DNA of 61,027 nucleotides, counting the filler. It is 7 parts of 7 records of this genome, joined end to end, with 100 filler letters (N's around TTAATTAATTAA, not from the genome) between each part and the next. Parts side by side here need not be neighbours in the genome. Positions count along the whole stretch, not along the records: positions 46,219 to 55,522 come from SRR2962707_5166; positions 55,623 to 61,027 come from SRR2962707_5168; 5 more parts are not named here. The stretch is one strand, 5' to 3'. The notes beneath the pieces were generated by a model. It did not search any database, had not been told where the DNA came from, and saw nothing but the letters and a program-made list of their open reading frames with translations. Made by a program: the position numbers and the translations under genes. This document shows, piece by piece, positions 50,969 through 61,027 of the stretch (its first letter is position 1; every line of letters begins with the position of its first letter).

Positions 50969-53900
50969 TCAAATTTGCAACGCACCCGACGATGCGTCAA
51001 GGGCGGGTATGCCGCGCTGGTGGAAAACTTCAATGGCATTGATCATTTGCTGTCGCGTCATGGACTGAACGGCACCTTCATCCTCTGGGTCCAATAGACC
51101 GTTCTCAAACATCAGCTTCCGCAGTTGTATTGTCTTCAAATCGCTGTAGCGATCTGCTTGGGAGTCTGCCGTGTCGTGCTTGGTCCCTTCGACTTCAGTG
51201 CCAAAGCCACCTTTCTCGAATCGCCTTCGCGGAGACGCACTTCTGCTGCGTGGCGTCAGGGGGCTGTTGGAATCAGAACCAAAGTCCAAATTGAGGTTTG
51301 ATGACGACGTGCCGATGGCTTTGTTCCGCGGGCTTCGGCTGTCGTCAAAAAGCGTTTCGTTAGTTGCCCCAGTTTCAAACAATTTTGCTGTCTTCGTGAG
51401 CTGTTCCAGATGTGCTCTTGTACTTTCGATGGTGGCTTCACCATCTTTTGTGATGATGATTTTCGCATCTCGAAAATCGGCGTTCTTGACTAACAAAGTA
51501 AACACAGCAGGTGATAGTGTCATCGAAAAGACATCATCTTGCGCTCCAGAACGTTTCTCTTTCTCTTTGCGGGCAGGACGAATCGGTGCACGCGAAGTGT
51601 CAAGCAAAACACTGTGGCTATCACCGGATGGCAACGACGGGGCTAATTGCATGGAGCTACCGCTGATGTTGTCGAAGCGCTCGTGCAGAATCGAGGTGAA
51701 GTTATGAAGTTTGGTCGGAAACGCATGTCCTTTGGTGTCCAGCAACATCTGTGAGTCAGTTGCCTGGGACTGCACTTCAACGTGACCATCCAAAGACTCA
51801 ATCACTCTCTCGCAGCAAAACTTGACGAAGCGCTCGCGGTAACGCTGAGGATCAACGGCTGAAATGCCTGTGCCTGTGCACTGGAATGTTCGCTTGGCGC
51901 AGTGCTCGACTTTCTTTCCCAAATCCCAGCTTTGGAAAATATCAATAATTCCCAGGTAAAAAGTTGAAGGACCTTCAATCACATAGGCGCTCAACCCGTC
52001 CTGGTTTGCATATGAGTGAGCAGAGTCTGCTGCACTACCGGCACTACTGATACCTCCTGCGGCAGATGGGCTTGCGAGTGACTCGCCAGCTGAAGCCCCC
52101 ATTTGGTCTCCATCTTGCAAGCCATCAACTTCAGGGACTGATGTTCCTTTGTCACCCCCGCCCCCGCCACCATTCACCCTTGGCGAGGCATTGTTCAAGG
52201 TTTCAGCACCATCTAGAGTATCTAATTGGTGGTTGGGCGCGGGAGTCACGACCATGTCCGTGCGGCCTGCTTCTGAGCGTTGCCGACGTTGTTCAACGTA
52301 CGAACTCAAAGCTTTGGACACAGTGCGGGAGTTTTTTAGTTCTTCGTCATCTTCCTGGTCCTCATAGCAGAATTGAATCACGGGCGTGACGGTTTGCAGC
52401 GGATATCGCTTTCGTCGAACCCCTACGAGAAGCGAATAATCCATGATGTTCATAGATTGTAGCCAATTAGCGTCCTTTGCCACCTGTGCCTTGATGGTGT
52501 TGGCTTGCTGGGGCTTTACAATAAGCCGAAACCGTAGGTCATTGTCCATCAATAGCTGCACGGGCTCATGCTCGCGGTAGTAGGTACATGGCTTCTGGTC
52601 AACCCCTGTGCCCCCAACTCCACCAACAACATACGTCTGATTGCAATACCTGGATGTGAGGCATCAGAGAAAGGGGAGATCAAAAGGTAAGAATTTTTGA
52701 AAGCCAGAACTTCCGACAGACACACTTTACAAGACGATGAGCCAAAAAATTTAAAGCACTACGCACTTGCACACTGCCCTTGTGCCAGGTTTCTCAGGTT
52801 TTGCAGTCCTCCGCACCGTGGACCCTTTCAAATCATACATCTCATGAACCCACCCTTTAGGTGGAAGCACGTTCACCATCACCAGGAAGTACATTGTATG
52901 GCCGTACTCGTGCAACCGCAGAGAATAGCATCCCACAATCTTGCAAATGAGCGAGTCTGGATTGGCTTCCATGTGTTGCATGTAGTTGCGCACTGTGGTG
53001 TGAAACCCCATCATGTGCTGCATCGATATAAAGTCATTTTTGGTCATGGTTTTGACAATGAATTTCTCATCGGATGAAAAAAAGAGAAACGATTCAGACC
53101 GGCCACCCGTCTGCTTGGCTGCTTGAAGGTGCGTCAAGGATTCAGCGTATACATGCTGTCCCCCGTGTCCGAAAAATTGCCGGCGCAGCTTGCCAAATTG
53201 CTTGGCGTAAAACTCAGTTAGAATCGCCGAAGCGTACCGAGTGTTGTCCTTGAACAGCGGTCGAACTTCGAAAACACCTTCATCGTCTGCTTCGGTAACC
53301 CCTTCCCCTGCATTCACATGACTCACACGGTGCTTACTGCCGGTTGGCCCTGACATCGGAACCGTGGCGGCTCCACTTCCTGGCCGATGGGTTCCCAGGG
53401 CGTCTCGCTTTGCCCATTGCTTGGAGTTCAACCCAAGCAAGTTAATTTGCTTCAGCTCATTGTCCTTTGAACCTGCTGCTTTTGATGATTCATACAACTC
53501 TTGGACACCTGCCTCAACGTACCTGCAAAGCCATCACAATGCCAACCAATCCATAAGCAGTCCGCCCGTGTGCAACAAGTTGCGACTGCGCAGCGTAGGC
53601 AGCTTGTGCATGCACAGGGAGCTTGAATGACGCACATGACAATTTCCTCGCGAAGCGCACTGTTCATCTGAGGTGACAGTTTGTACCGCTCTTCTTCGAT
53701 ACCACCAATTTCGCCATCCTTGCGAGCCACACCGCGAATCATTTCGCAGTAGCCATTCACTAGCCATACAATGACTCCCGGAATACTCCGCAAGCCGAGC
53801 AAACAGGATAAACCCTGCGCCAGAATCAGCGCCACATTGTCATTGACAATCGTCGCCACGGACGCCACTTGCGAAGCCGCGATTGCCGCAGGAGCGTCGG

Positions 53901-55193
53901 ATTCTTCTGGGGCTTTCAGTTCCTCAATATGAAAGTAAAGGTATGCATACCTACAAAGCCCAAGAAGCAATGGGTTAAGGTGAAGACACAGTCCATCAGG
54001 AGAATCTCGAGGAAAAGTAGCTCTCTCTGGGCTTACACACACACTTGAAAGCACTAAAAGACAGGTCTTTGGCGGCGAACCAACACGAAATAAGTCTCCA
54101 CTTACCCAGGCCAAAAAATTATCCAGATGACTGTGTTCATGATGCAGTACTGAAATGACATTGTGAACACTTTGCGGCGTGCAGCGAAAGTTTTTTGGCT
54201 GTGCCCAACCCGATTCTTGTTGCCCAGCACGCAGGCATAAATCAAGAGGATGATGATGATTGCATGAACAACAAGGATAGGACCCAAGAAATTGAACCAC
54301 ATCGCCCAATTAAAACTTTCACTTCCAGTGAGCCGAAATGTGTACCTGGTCAGCGAAAAGACAAAATTGAAGTAAGTGGCCTTCTACTCATACCCAAAGT
54401 GCATGGTACATCGACAGTGTCGGTACTGCAAGTCGATCATTAAGGAACAAATGACCACCAACGACTGGATCAGGACCAATACTCATGTCACGTACAAGCA
54501 GAAACCGAAAATCCACTCCCCGGTCATATCTGCCGGAACGGTACAGTACACAATAACCGAAAGCACTGCGACGGTCGCAATGACCGCTCGATATATGTGA
54601 TTGTTGGTCGTGAATTTGGTAAACGGCGACTTGAGGTTGACCACGAGGTCCACAGCCACCGCCAAGAGAGTGAGCTCTGAGGCGATGATGCAGAATTGCG
54701 TCACAGCACCTATCGCTAAACTCTCTTGGCATAAACAGCTTGCCGTGCGGAAAGTGCGCTCTTCGTCAGCCCCCACTTCGACAATGTCACTTTCAGTCGC
54801 AGAAGAGTTTATGCTTTTGGTGGGCTCCTCTTCGTACAACAGCGCGTGAAACGCCGGGAGCGCGACGCAGATTGCGAAAAAAAAGTCGGCGACACTCTTG
54901 AGCGCAAAGAGACTGTTCGGCTGTGTTCTCAGGGTGGGCAACGCTATGTACGAAGAGCCAATCACGACACAGCACAACATCGCGACTCCCTGCCCGATCA
55001 CAAGAAGCAGGTCTGCGTTTGCAAAGGTCAGAATGATGATGTCATTGTAGAAGGAGCAAATGTCAGCGTCGTCTGACGCGTTCGCCCACAGAGCTGTCCA
55101 GTTCACGCCTTCCGAAGTTGCTGCTGCTGAAGTTGCAGTTGCAGCAGTAGCAGCAGCAGCACCAGCAGCAGTGGTCAAGGGAGTTGACGCCAT
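50969..55193 (-). CDS. GPCR-PIPK fusion: N-terminal 7-TM receptor plus C-terminal phosphatidylinositol phosphate kinase (multi-exon)
   Basis: Seven hydrophobic helices reconstructed over the first three exons (start ATG 55193); spliced linker ALREEIVMYVEAGV; PIPK motifs GGRSESFLFFSSDEKFIVKT, YDLKGS, MDYSLLVG, YLGIIDIFQ.W...KK.EH. Confidence 0.88.
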
Positions 55194-55493
55194 CGTTACT
55201 TGCCAGCGCGACAACGCAACAACTGCGACTAAACGTTCATCCCACTGGGGAAACACAGAATGAAAGCACGAAAGAAAGACAGACGAAGGAGAGAAAGAGA
55301 AGAGAGAGAAATTGCGCACGCAGGGCTTGCACCCGCCCTCACTTTGCGGAAAATTTCACGCCAAGGGAAAAGAGAAAACGAAAGAAGTTCAAAGAACTGG
55401 AGCAACACTCGCACACTCTCACGCAGGTTTGATCTTACCAGTATTCGTGCTTCTCCGCTCCGTTTTTTTGTTCGAAGCTTGCTGCTGCTGCAT

Positions 55494-55522
55494 GTGAGTG
55501 AGTGAGTGACTGAGTGAGTGAG
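55494..55522. repeat. (GAGT)n tetranucleotide microsatellite at the contig end
   Basis: gtgagtgagtgagtgactgagtgagtgag. Confidence 0.85.
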
Positions 55523-55622
55523 NNNNNNNNNNNNNNNNNNNNNNNNNNNNNNNNNNNNNNNNNNNNTTAATTAATTAANNNNNNNNNNNNNNNNNNNNNN
55601 NNNNNNNNNNNNNNNNNNNNNN
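55523..55622. other. Artificial contig-join spacer
   Basis: N44-TTAATTAATTAA-N44. Confidence 0.99.
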
Positions 55623-55680
55623 TTTTTTTTTTTTTTTTTTTGCTCATTTTTTCAAAACAAGCTTCTCTCTTTTGAGCACA

Positions 55681-57081
55681 ATGGCAGAAGCTGCACCCGC
55701 CGTTGCTGCTGCTGCTGCTGCGACTGAGATCCCGGAGAATGAAAACGTCGATCTCCTGTTGGAGAAGCATCGCGAGACCCTCTCCGCAGTGCGCGCTAGC
55801 TTTCCCAAGCTCAAGGAACAAGACACGTGGCCCTTCTATGATGATATCTTCTTCCTGCGGTTCGTGCTCTCGTTCAAAACGGTCCCAAAATCCATCGATG
55901 CCGTCAACAAATGCCTCGAGTGGCGCTCCGAGCACGCCGAGCTCTTGGCGGCGGTTCCTGAAGATGTGTGGAGCATGCAGGCCATCGACGGCCCCATGGG
56001 GCATATCTTCAAAGAAATGGTCAAGTACCAAGTTGCCTCCGTGTGGCCACACGAGGCCTTGACAGACAATGGCTTTTTGGTCCTGATTCGGGGCGCCATG
56101 GGTCAACCGAAGCTCTTGCACACGCACCTGACGCGCCAGGACAACATTGACATGAACTTCTCCTTCCGCGAAACGGCCTACCGGTACTGCGACTCCGTCA
56201 CCCGCCGGACGCGCCGGCTTGCCAAGCAAACTCTTGTGTTTGACACCCAAGGGATGCGCTTCTCGGACATGGTCGACCCCAACCAGCAGAAAGTCATGGG
56301 TGTAGTTTCCAAGGTGTCTTCGTTTGCGTACCCGCAGCTGATGCGCAAGATGTGCATCGTGAATGCCCCGAAATGGATGAGCGTGGTCGTGAAACTCGCG
56401 CGGGCTTTCCTTCCCAAGTCCACCATGGACAAAATTGACGTGTTCTCTTCGACCGAGAAACTTTACCGGTCGGAGTTCGGGGCTGCCATTCTGCGCACCG
56501 AGCATTTGCCCGAGTTCCTGGGTGGTGATGTAAAGGAGCTTCCCCCGCAACTTACTGGTGAGCTGATTGCGGAGGATCTCGACCACTCTGGCGGTTATGA
56601 GCAACTCAATGTCACTGCCCGTTCTTTCATCGACGCCAAAGTATCGATCCCAATGGCTCACTCTAAGGTGGAGATCAAGGCTTTTGTAGAGCACTTTGGA
56701 ATCAACTTTGAAGTTGCCCTTGAGCATGGCGAGCTCAATGAGCAGGAAGCAGGAGCGGCAGCCGCAGCGGCCGATGAGACAGCTGGTGATGATGGTGAGG
56801 CTGTGAGCCCCTATCTTCAGGACCCATCGCCCATGTACAACTTGGATGGACGCCGCACTGTGCTGAAAGAGAGCGACAAACTCAAACATGAAGATGGCCC
56901 ATCGCGCCTTTTTTTCGAAGACCTCGGCCCAGGTGTTCTCACCATCAGATGGGACAACACGCACTCGTATTTTAGAAACAAGCACGTCCACTTTTGTGTG
57001 AACGTCGATGTGTCGGGGCCATCTGGCGGTGCTCCTGTCGCTGACGCAGAGTCTGCTCCGAAGCTCCCATCCGCCGAGTGA
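55681..57081 (+). CDS. SEC14/CRAL-TRIO lipid-binding protein with a C-terminal GOLD domain
   Basis: DDIFFLRFVLS..., LEWR, VFDTQG, YPQLMRKMCIVNAP, FLPKSTMDKI, LPEFLGG; GOLD-type GVLTIRWDNTHSYFRNK; single uninterrupted ORF, 466 aa. Confidence 0.9.
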   Translation: MAEAAPAVAAAAAATEIPENENVDLLLEKHRETLSAVRASFPKLKEQDTWPFYDDIFFLRFVLSFKTVPKSIDAVNKCLEWRSEHAELLAAVPEDVWSMQAIDGPMGHIFKEMVKYQVASVWPHEALTDNGFLVLIRGAMGQPKLLHTHLTRQDNIDMNFSFRETAYRYCDSVTRRTRRLAKQTLVFDTQGMRFSDMVDPNQQKVMGVVSKVSSFAYPQLMRKMCIVNAPKWMSVVVKLARAFLPKSTMDKIDVFSSTEKLYRSEFGAAILRTEHLPEFLGGDVKELPPQLTGELIAEDLDHSGGYEQLNVTARSFIDAKVSIPMAHSKVEIKAFVEHFGINFEVALEHGELNEQEAGAAAAAADETAGDDGEAVSPYLQDPSPMYNLDGRRTVLKESDKLKHEDGPSRLFFEDLGPGVLTIRWDNTHSYFRNKHVHFCVNVDVSGPSGGAPVADAESAPKLPSAE

Positions 57082-57548
57082 CCGTCTACTTGCCTGATCG
57101 ACGCCATGTTCGTAGCCTTCGCAAACGTTGTTTCCGTCGATTCTGCAACCAATGTGGCTCACGGGAAGGATGTTCAAACGTCCTCCATCGATAGTGCTAG
57201 CTGTATCAGCGTCCGAACTTCTTCCACTTGTGATTTCCGTTTCTTTCCATATAACCCCATAAAACCAACTAAAAAACAGTGGAAGTCATGCACCGATTAG
57301 CACATTGGATCCCCTCATTTTCACATTTTTTATTTTCTTTGCTTGCTCGCCGCTGAATTTATGTCTCCGTTGTGCACAAACATGGTGGTGGAGATTACGA
57401 GGACGAGCTGTTTGAAAGCGAAACGAATATGGGGAGCAAAAGGAGAGGACGCAGCCAGAGTCCTCACTTCATAGCAATACGGTACTAATGTTGCTGCAAT
57501 GGTGTCGTGTTTTATAAACTACTTTAGAAACCGATCTTGCCATCAAGC

Positions 57549-60500
57549 TCATACCAACGCCTTCGCCTTGCGGCGAATCAGCGAAGGCAAGTCTTTCAGC
57601 GATGCCTTACTGTTGCCAGCTAAAGCTTGTTTCTCGCCGGTGGTTCCTACACGACTGCCACGAGTCTTGTGCCCACGATTGGTGTTTGTATCTGTGCTGT
57701 TCAGCTTGAGGGTCAGTTTCACAGCCCGTCCAGCGGTCAGTACTCGCCCAAGGTGGTTCAATCCGACCACTTTCCCGGGGCCAGCTGCAGCTGGTCGTTT
57801 CACTTTGCGTGACGAAGATGAGGACGACGGGTTTTTCTTGCGATTCTTTGTCTTTCTAGTTGATGATGATGGAGATCCCTTGGTCTCGAACGTCGATCGA
57901 GTTCGTGGTGTGACGCGCTTGTTGTCCCCATTGGCTTTTGCAAACAAGTCGGGGAGGGCATTGGCAGCATCTGTTCCTCGTTGTGCGCGTGGGCTCATGT
58001 CGCACTTGCGATTGCTCTCGCTGCTTTTGGGAGTTTCAGCACTATCTGTTCTGCCTGTTTGGGGCCGCCGACGTTGATGCTGGTGGTGTTTCTTGAAAAT
58101 AAGGTTCAACTGGCCGCTGCTGTTAGCCACAGGAGCCCTGAGTGTGGCCCTGGCAGTAGCAGCTCGTCTCAAAGATTTTTGCTTTGAAAGCGGCGTCGTT
58201 GTTGGTCTCTTTGGGTCTGTTTTCTGTTTCTTCCCGGTTGAGTCAGGCAGCTTCGGCAAGGAAGAAAGATCAGAACCCATCTTGGGCGTCGATAGCGAGG
58301 ATGGTGAAAATGGCGACGCCCCCACAGTTCTTGATTTTCGCAACCCAGGACGCCTGGAGCTATTTTTGCTTCCTGACGCATGAATTGACGGAAGAGAGTC
58401 ATTGTCTCGAGCAGCATTCCCAGCGTCAAATCCAGGGTCCGTGGGCTTTGCCTCATCGCCAGCGTCAACAGGCTGCGCCCATTGAAGCCCCCTTGCTCTA
58501 GTGCGTGATCGTCCACTTCCACGTGATGAGTTTGACAACAGCGGCATCCCGCTGCTACCGTTTGGTCGCGCAACAAACGCTGATGGCTAGAGATATTTTT
58601 TTGACATCAACAATCAGTCATAGCATTACCGTGCTACGAACAACAACATTGTAACTTGAACAGAGCAAGAATGTGCGATTGCAATGCAAAAATCAACGGA
58701 CCGTGGACTCATTACCATTGCTACTTGCTGCCAATCCTGGGGATCGTTTGAGATCAGCACCGGTCATGTGAGTCTTTTGAACTTCAAAGGCCTTCGCTCC
58801 TCTATCTCCGCTATTTGGGCGAGCGTTTTGATTGTGCAGCTGCGTGAGGAATGCCGCAGTTCCAGACCATCTGTCGCTCGGGTCCTCTGCGTCGTGTTCC
58901 TTGTGTTCCTTGTGTTCAGCATCACTGCGATTACTTACCAGCGTTTCAGGCTTCTCATCATGTTCAGGGCCATGTTTCCCTTCGTCCTCCGACGAAAACG
59001 AATCCGACAGCGCGTTCCGTCGACAATCCGCCACACCTTGAGCTGGTGACTGCAAGGGGAGTTGAAGACGACGTCGCGGTGAATCCCCAGCAATACCACC
59101 ACTTGCCCCAACCCTGCCTCTTCTTTTTGGCGATTCTGCCAACTCGCGTTCCAGCTTTTCTTCTTCTTCACGCTGCTTCGCCTGAAAAATTATGAGAGAA
59201 GCCATGCAAACCAGAACAAAGCGCAAATTAAGCGCAAGCGTCAAACACACAAGCACATGTCTGCAAACAGGAACGTCGGAATTCATCAATCCAATTTTGT
59301 AAGAGTCCAAAACTAACCTCGGCTTGTGCCCGTTCAAGTACAGTTCTAGGTGGACGTGCGGCTCCTTTTGACCGTGGGGCACTCTCGATAGCGGCGAGCA
59401 TCACTTTGTGCGTCTTCCACCACACGCGCGTAGCTTTCGATGCCGCCGAGAGATCAAACTGCAGATGCCCTCCGTTTGTTGTTGTAAACTTTGCACCGGC
59501 GCTTAGGCATCCGAAGCGCCACCACTCTTCAAATTGAGCCAGATTCACAAATGACTTTCCTGAATATGCAGCACCAAGGGCGCATATGACTTGTGGGTGG
59601 TGCATCAGTTTCCACAGGCTACGAGACAACCAAACAAAGAAAATCGGCCCGATCCAACGCCCGCACCATTCCTTTCAGCAAACTTTCGTCCCCGTGACAA
59701 CACTGCCTCGTTAAAGTGAATTTCCTGAAGCGTGTTGAACATGCGGTCACAGTTTAAATAGTGCTCTGTCACTATTTGCCCTGTTCGAAGCCTCACACCA
59801 GGTTTCGACAGTGGGGAAGTTGCGACGAAGCCTGCAATCAAAAGAAAACACAAAAAAAAATAACCTTGACTCTTGCAAAGCCAGTTCGTGAATTGCACAT
59901 GGGAACGGGGGCAACAAACCATCGTCTTCACTTCTTGCGACTGCAGGGGCCGACTTCTCGACTAAGTCCAGGTACCTTGTCATTCGAGCGCCCAGCATTT
60001 ATAAATACATGAGCACAACTAGTCAAAAGGCTGTTGCGGAACCTCGCCCATCCTACAAGAACGTACTCATGTTCTCCAGCACCAGCAAGTAGAAAACTGT
60101 TGAACAGTTGCAACAACTCAAGCTTCACGAGTGTCCGCTCTTTGGATCTTGACGTTTCTTTGACCGCCTTGTGAAGCGTTTTGCGATAACTAACCAAAAC
60201 GCACATACATATCACACAAGTGAGCAGAAACTCGAAACGCACAAAACATTCACCATCGACAAAATCCTAGTGACTGCCAATGACCACTCGCCGCTTACCG
60301 CTTGTCCATGGGCACGCTACCTGGGTCAGCCGCAGTGCCCAGACGGTCGAGCCATGTTGAAAATTCTTTCTTCTCACGTTGTCTCGCAGTCTCATACTTG
60401 CGGTCATAATCCCGCGTCCTGTCATTGAGCTCCTTGTCTTTGTTCACCGTTTTCGTGACAACCTCAATCATTGGTGCTCGCGTCTTCACCGTGGCAAGCA

Positions 60501-60804
60501 TTGACTTCTTCTTCTTCGTCACGTGCACTTCGTGCACTTGGCGACGACTGCTGAGCTTCCCATTCGACTTGCTTTTGCGCGGTGGTTCTGCAGCCACAGA
60601 TCGGAACGATGCCCGCTCATCCAAGAAGTGCCGCGGTGAGCATAGGGCAGCCTTCCGGATAACTTTGGGAGAAAAATTCTCCGGTGCCTTGTGTTCGGTC
60701 GTCGTCAAGTGCGCTTGGAACAAGATATTCGCGCGAGCCTCCGCCGACAGCTTCGGCTTTGCCCTCTTTTGGGGGCTCGCCGTTGCATTCAGCAGCGTTG
60801 GCAT
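57549..60804 (-). CDS. Multi-exon eukaryotic gene of unknown function with an S/K/R-rich disordered C-terminus
   Basis: Minus-strand ORFs 60295-60804, 59928-60242, 59228-59629, 58693-59382 and 57549-58547 separated by apparent GT-AG introns. No family recognised. Confidence 0.5.
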
Positions 60805-61001
60805 CCTCCTGCCCGCTGTCAATGCGGCGGAACGCAACAGTACCCACCCGTGGCTGTTGCCGAGCTCCCAACACCAGGCCGTGACCGTCCGAAAAGACGA
60901 TCTTCGGGAAGCGGCAAAAAGAGAAACGATCGAAATGAAGAAAAATGACCTTCGCAACAATTTTTCGGAAACCGAAATCATGAATCACCGTCTCTGCTAG
61001 G

Positions 61002-61027
61002 CTCTCTCTCTCTCTCTCTCTCTCTCT
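61002..61027. repeat. (CT)n microsatellite at the window end
   Basis: ctctctctct... to the last base. Confidence 0.9.

Noticed and set aside
6365-55622. Recurring TTAATTAATTAA motif as a biological repeat or CRISPR-like array
   Set aside because: Always centred in exactly 100-bp N-padded blocks; it is a synthetic six-frame-stop linker.
55567-57177. 536-aa antisense ORF opposite the SEC14/GOLD gene
   Set aside because: Shadow ORF caused by codon bias on the sense strand; no motifs, and it runs into the N spacer.

Overview
The window is not one chromosome segment. It is seven unrelated contigs joined by six 100-bp spacers (44 N + TTAATTAATTAA + 44 N), as in a concatenated marine metagenome or contaminated protist assembly. 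Contigs 1 (1-6364), 2 (6465-17298), 6 (46219-55522) and 7 (55623-61027) are eukaryotic, probably stramenopile-like, with GT-AG introns and microsatellite ends. They encode a Q-rich triple CW-zinc-finger protein, a very large orphan with a PDZ-like domain, exportin-7, a GPCR-PIP kinase fusion and a SEC14/GOLD protein. Contig 3 (17399-27615) is Marinobacter-like: glnA start with a sigma54/NtrC promoter, typA, pip, dtd, a porin, CYTH, a K+ channel and glnE. Contig 4 (27716-39473) is Rhodobacteraceae-like: hrcA-grpE, creatinase, an uncharacterised 7-gene operon, a SnoaL-like protein and soeCB. Contig 5 (39574-46118) is Pseudoalteromonas-like: rimK locus, MscS, Omp85, DUF3630 and recQ. The best candidate for an undescribed system is the tightly coupled operon at 30143-36834. 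It encodes a TelA-like coiled-coil protein, an orphan, a classic-clade AAA ATPase with an Asp-Asp Walker B, a translationally coupled microprotein, a DUF6638-like protein and two membrane proteins. By inference it may be a membrane-stress or remodelling machine. All family names and taxonomic guesses come from motif recognition by eye, not from database searches.
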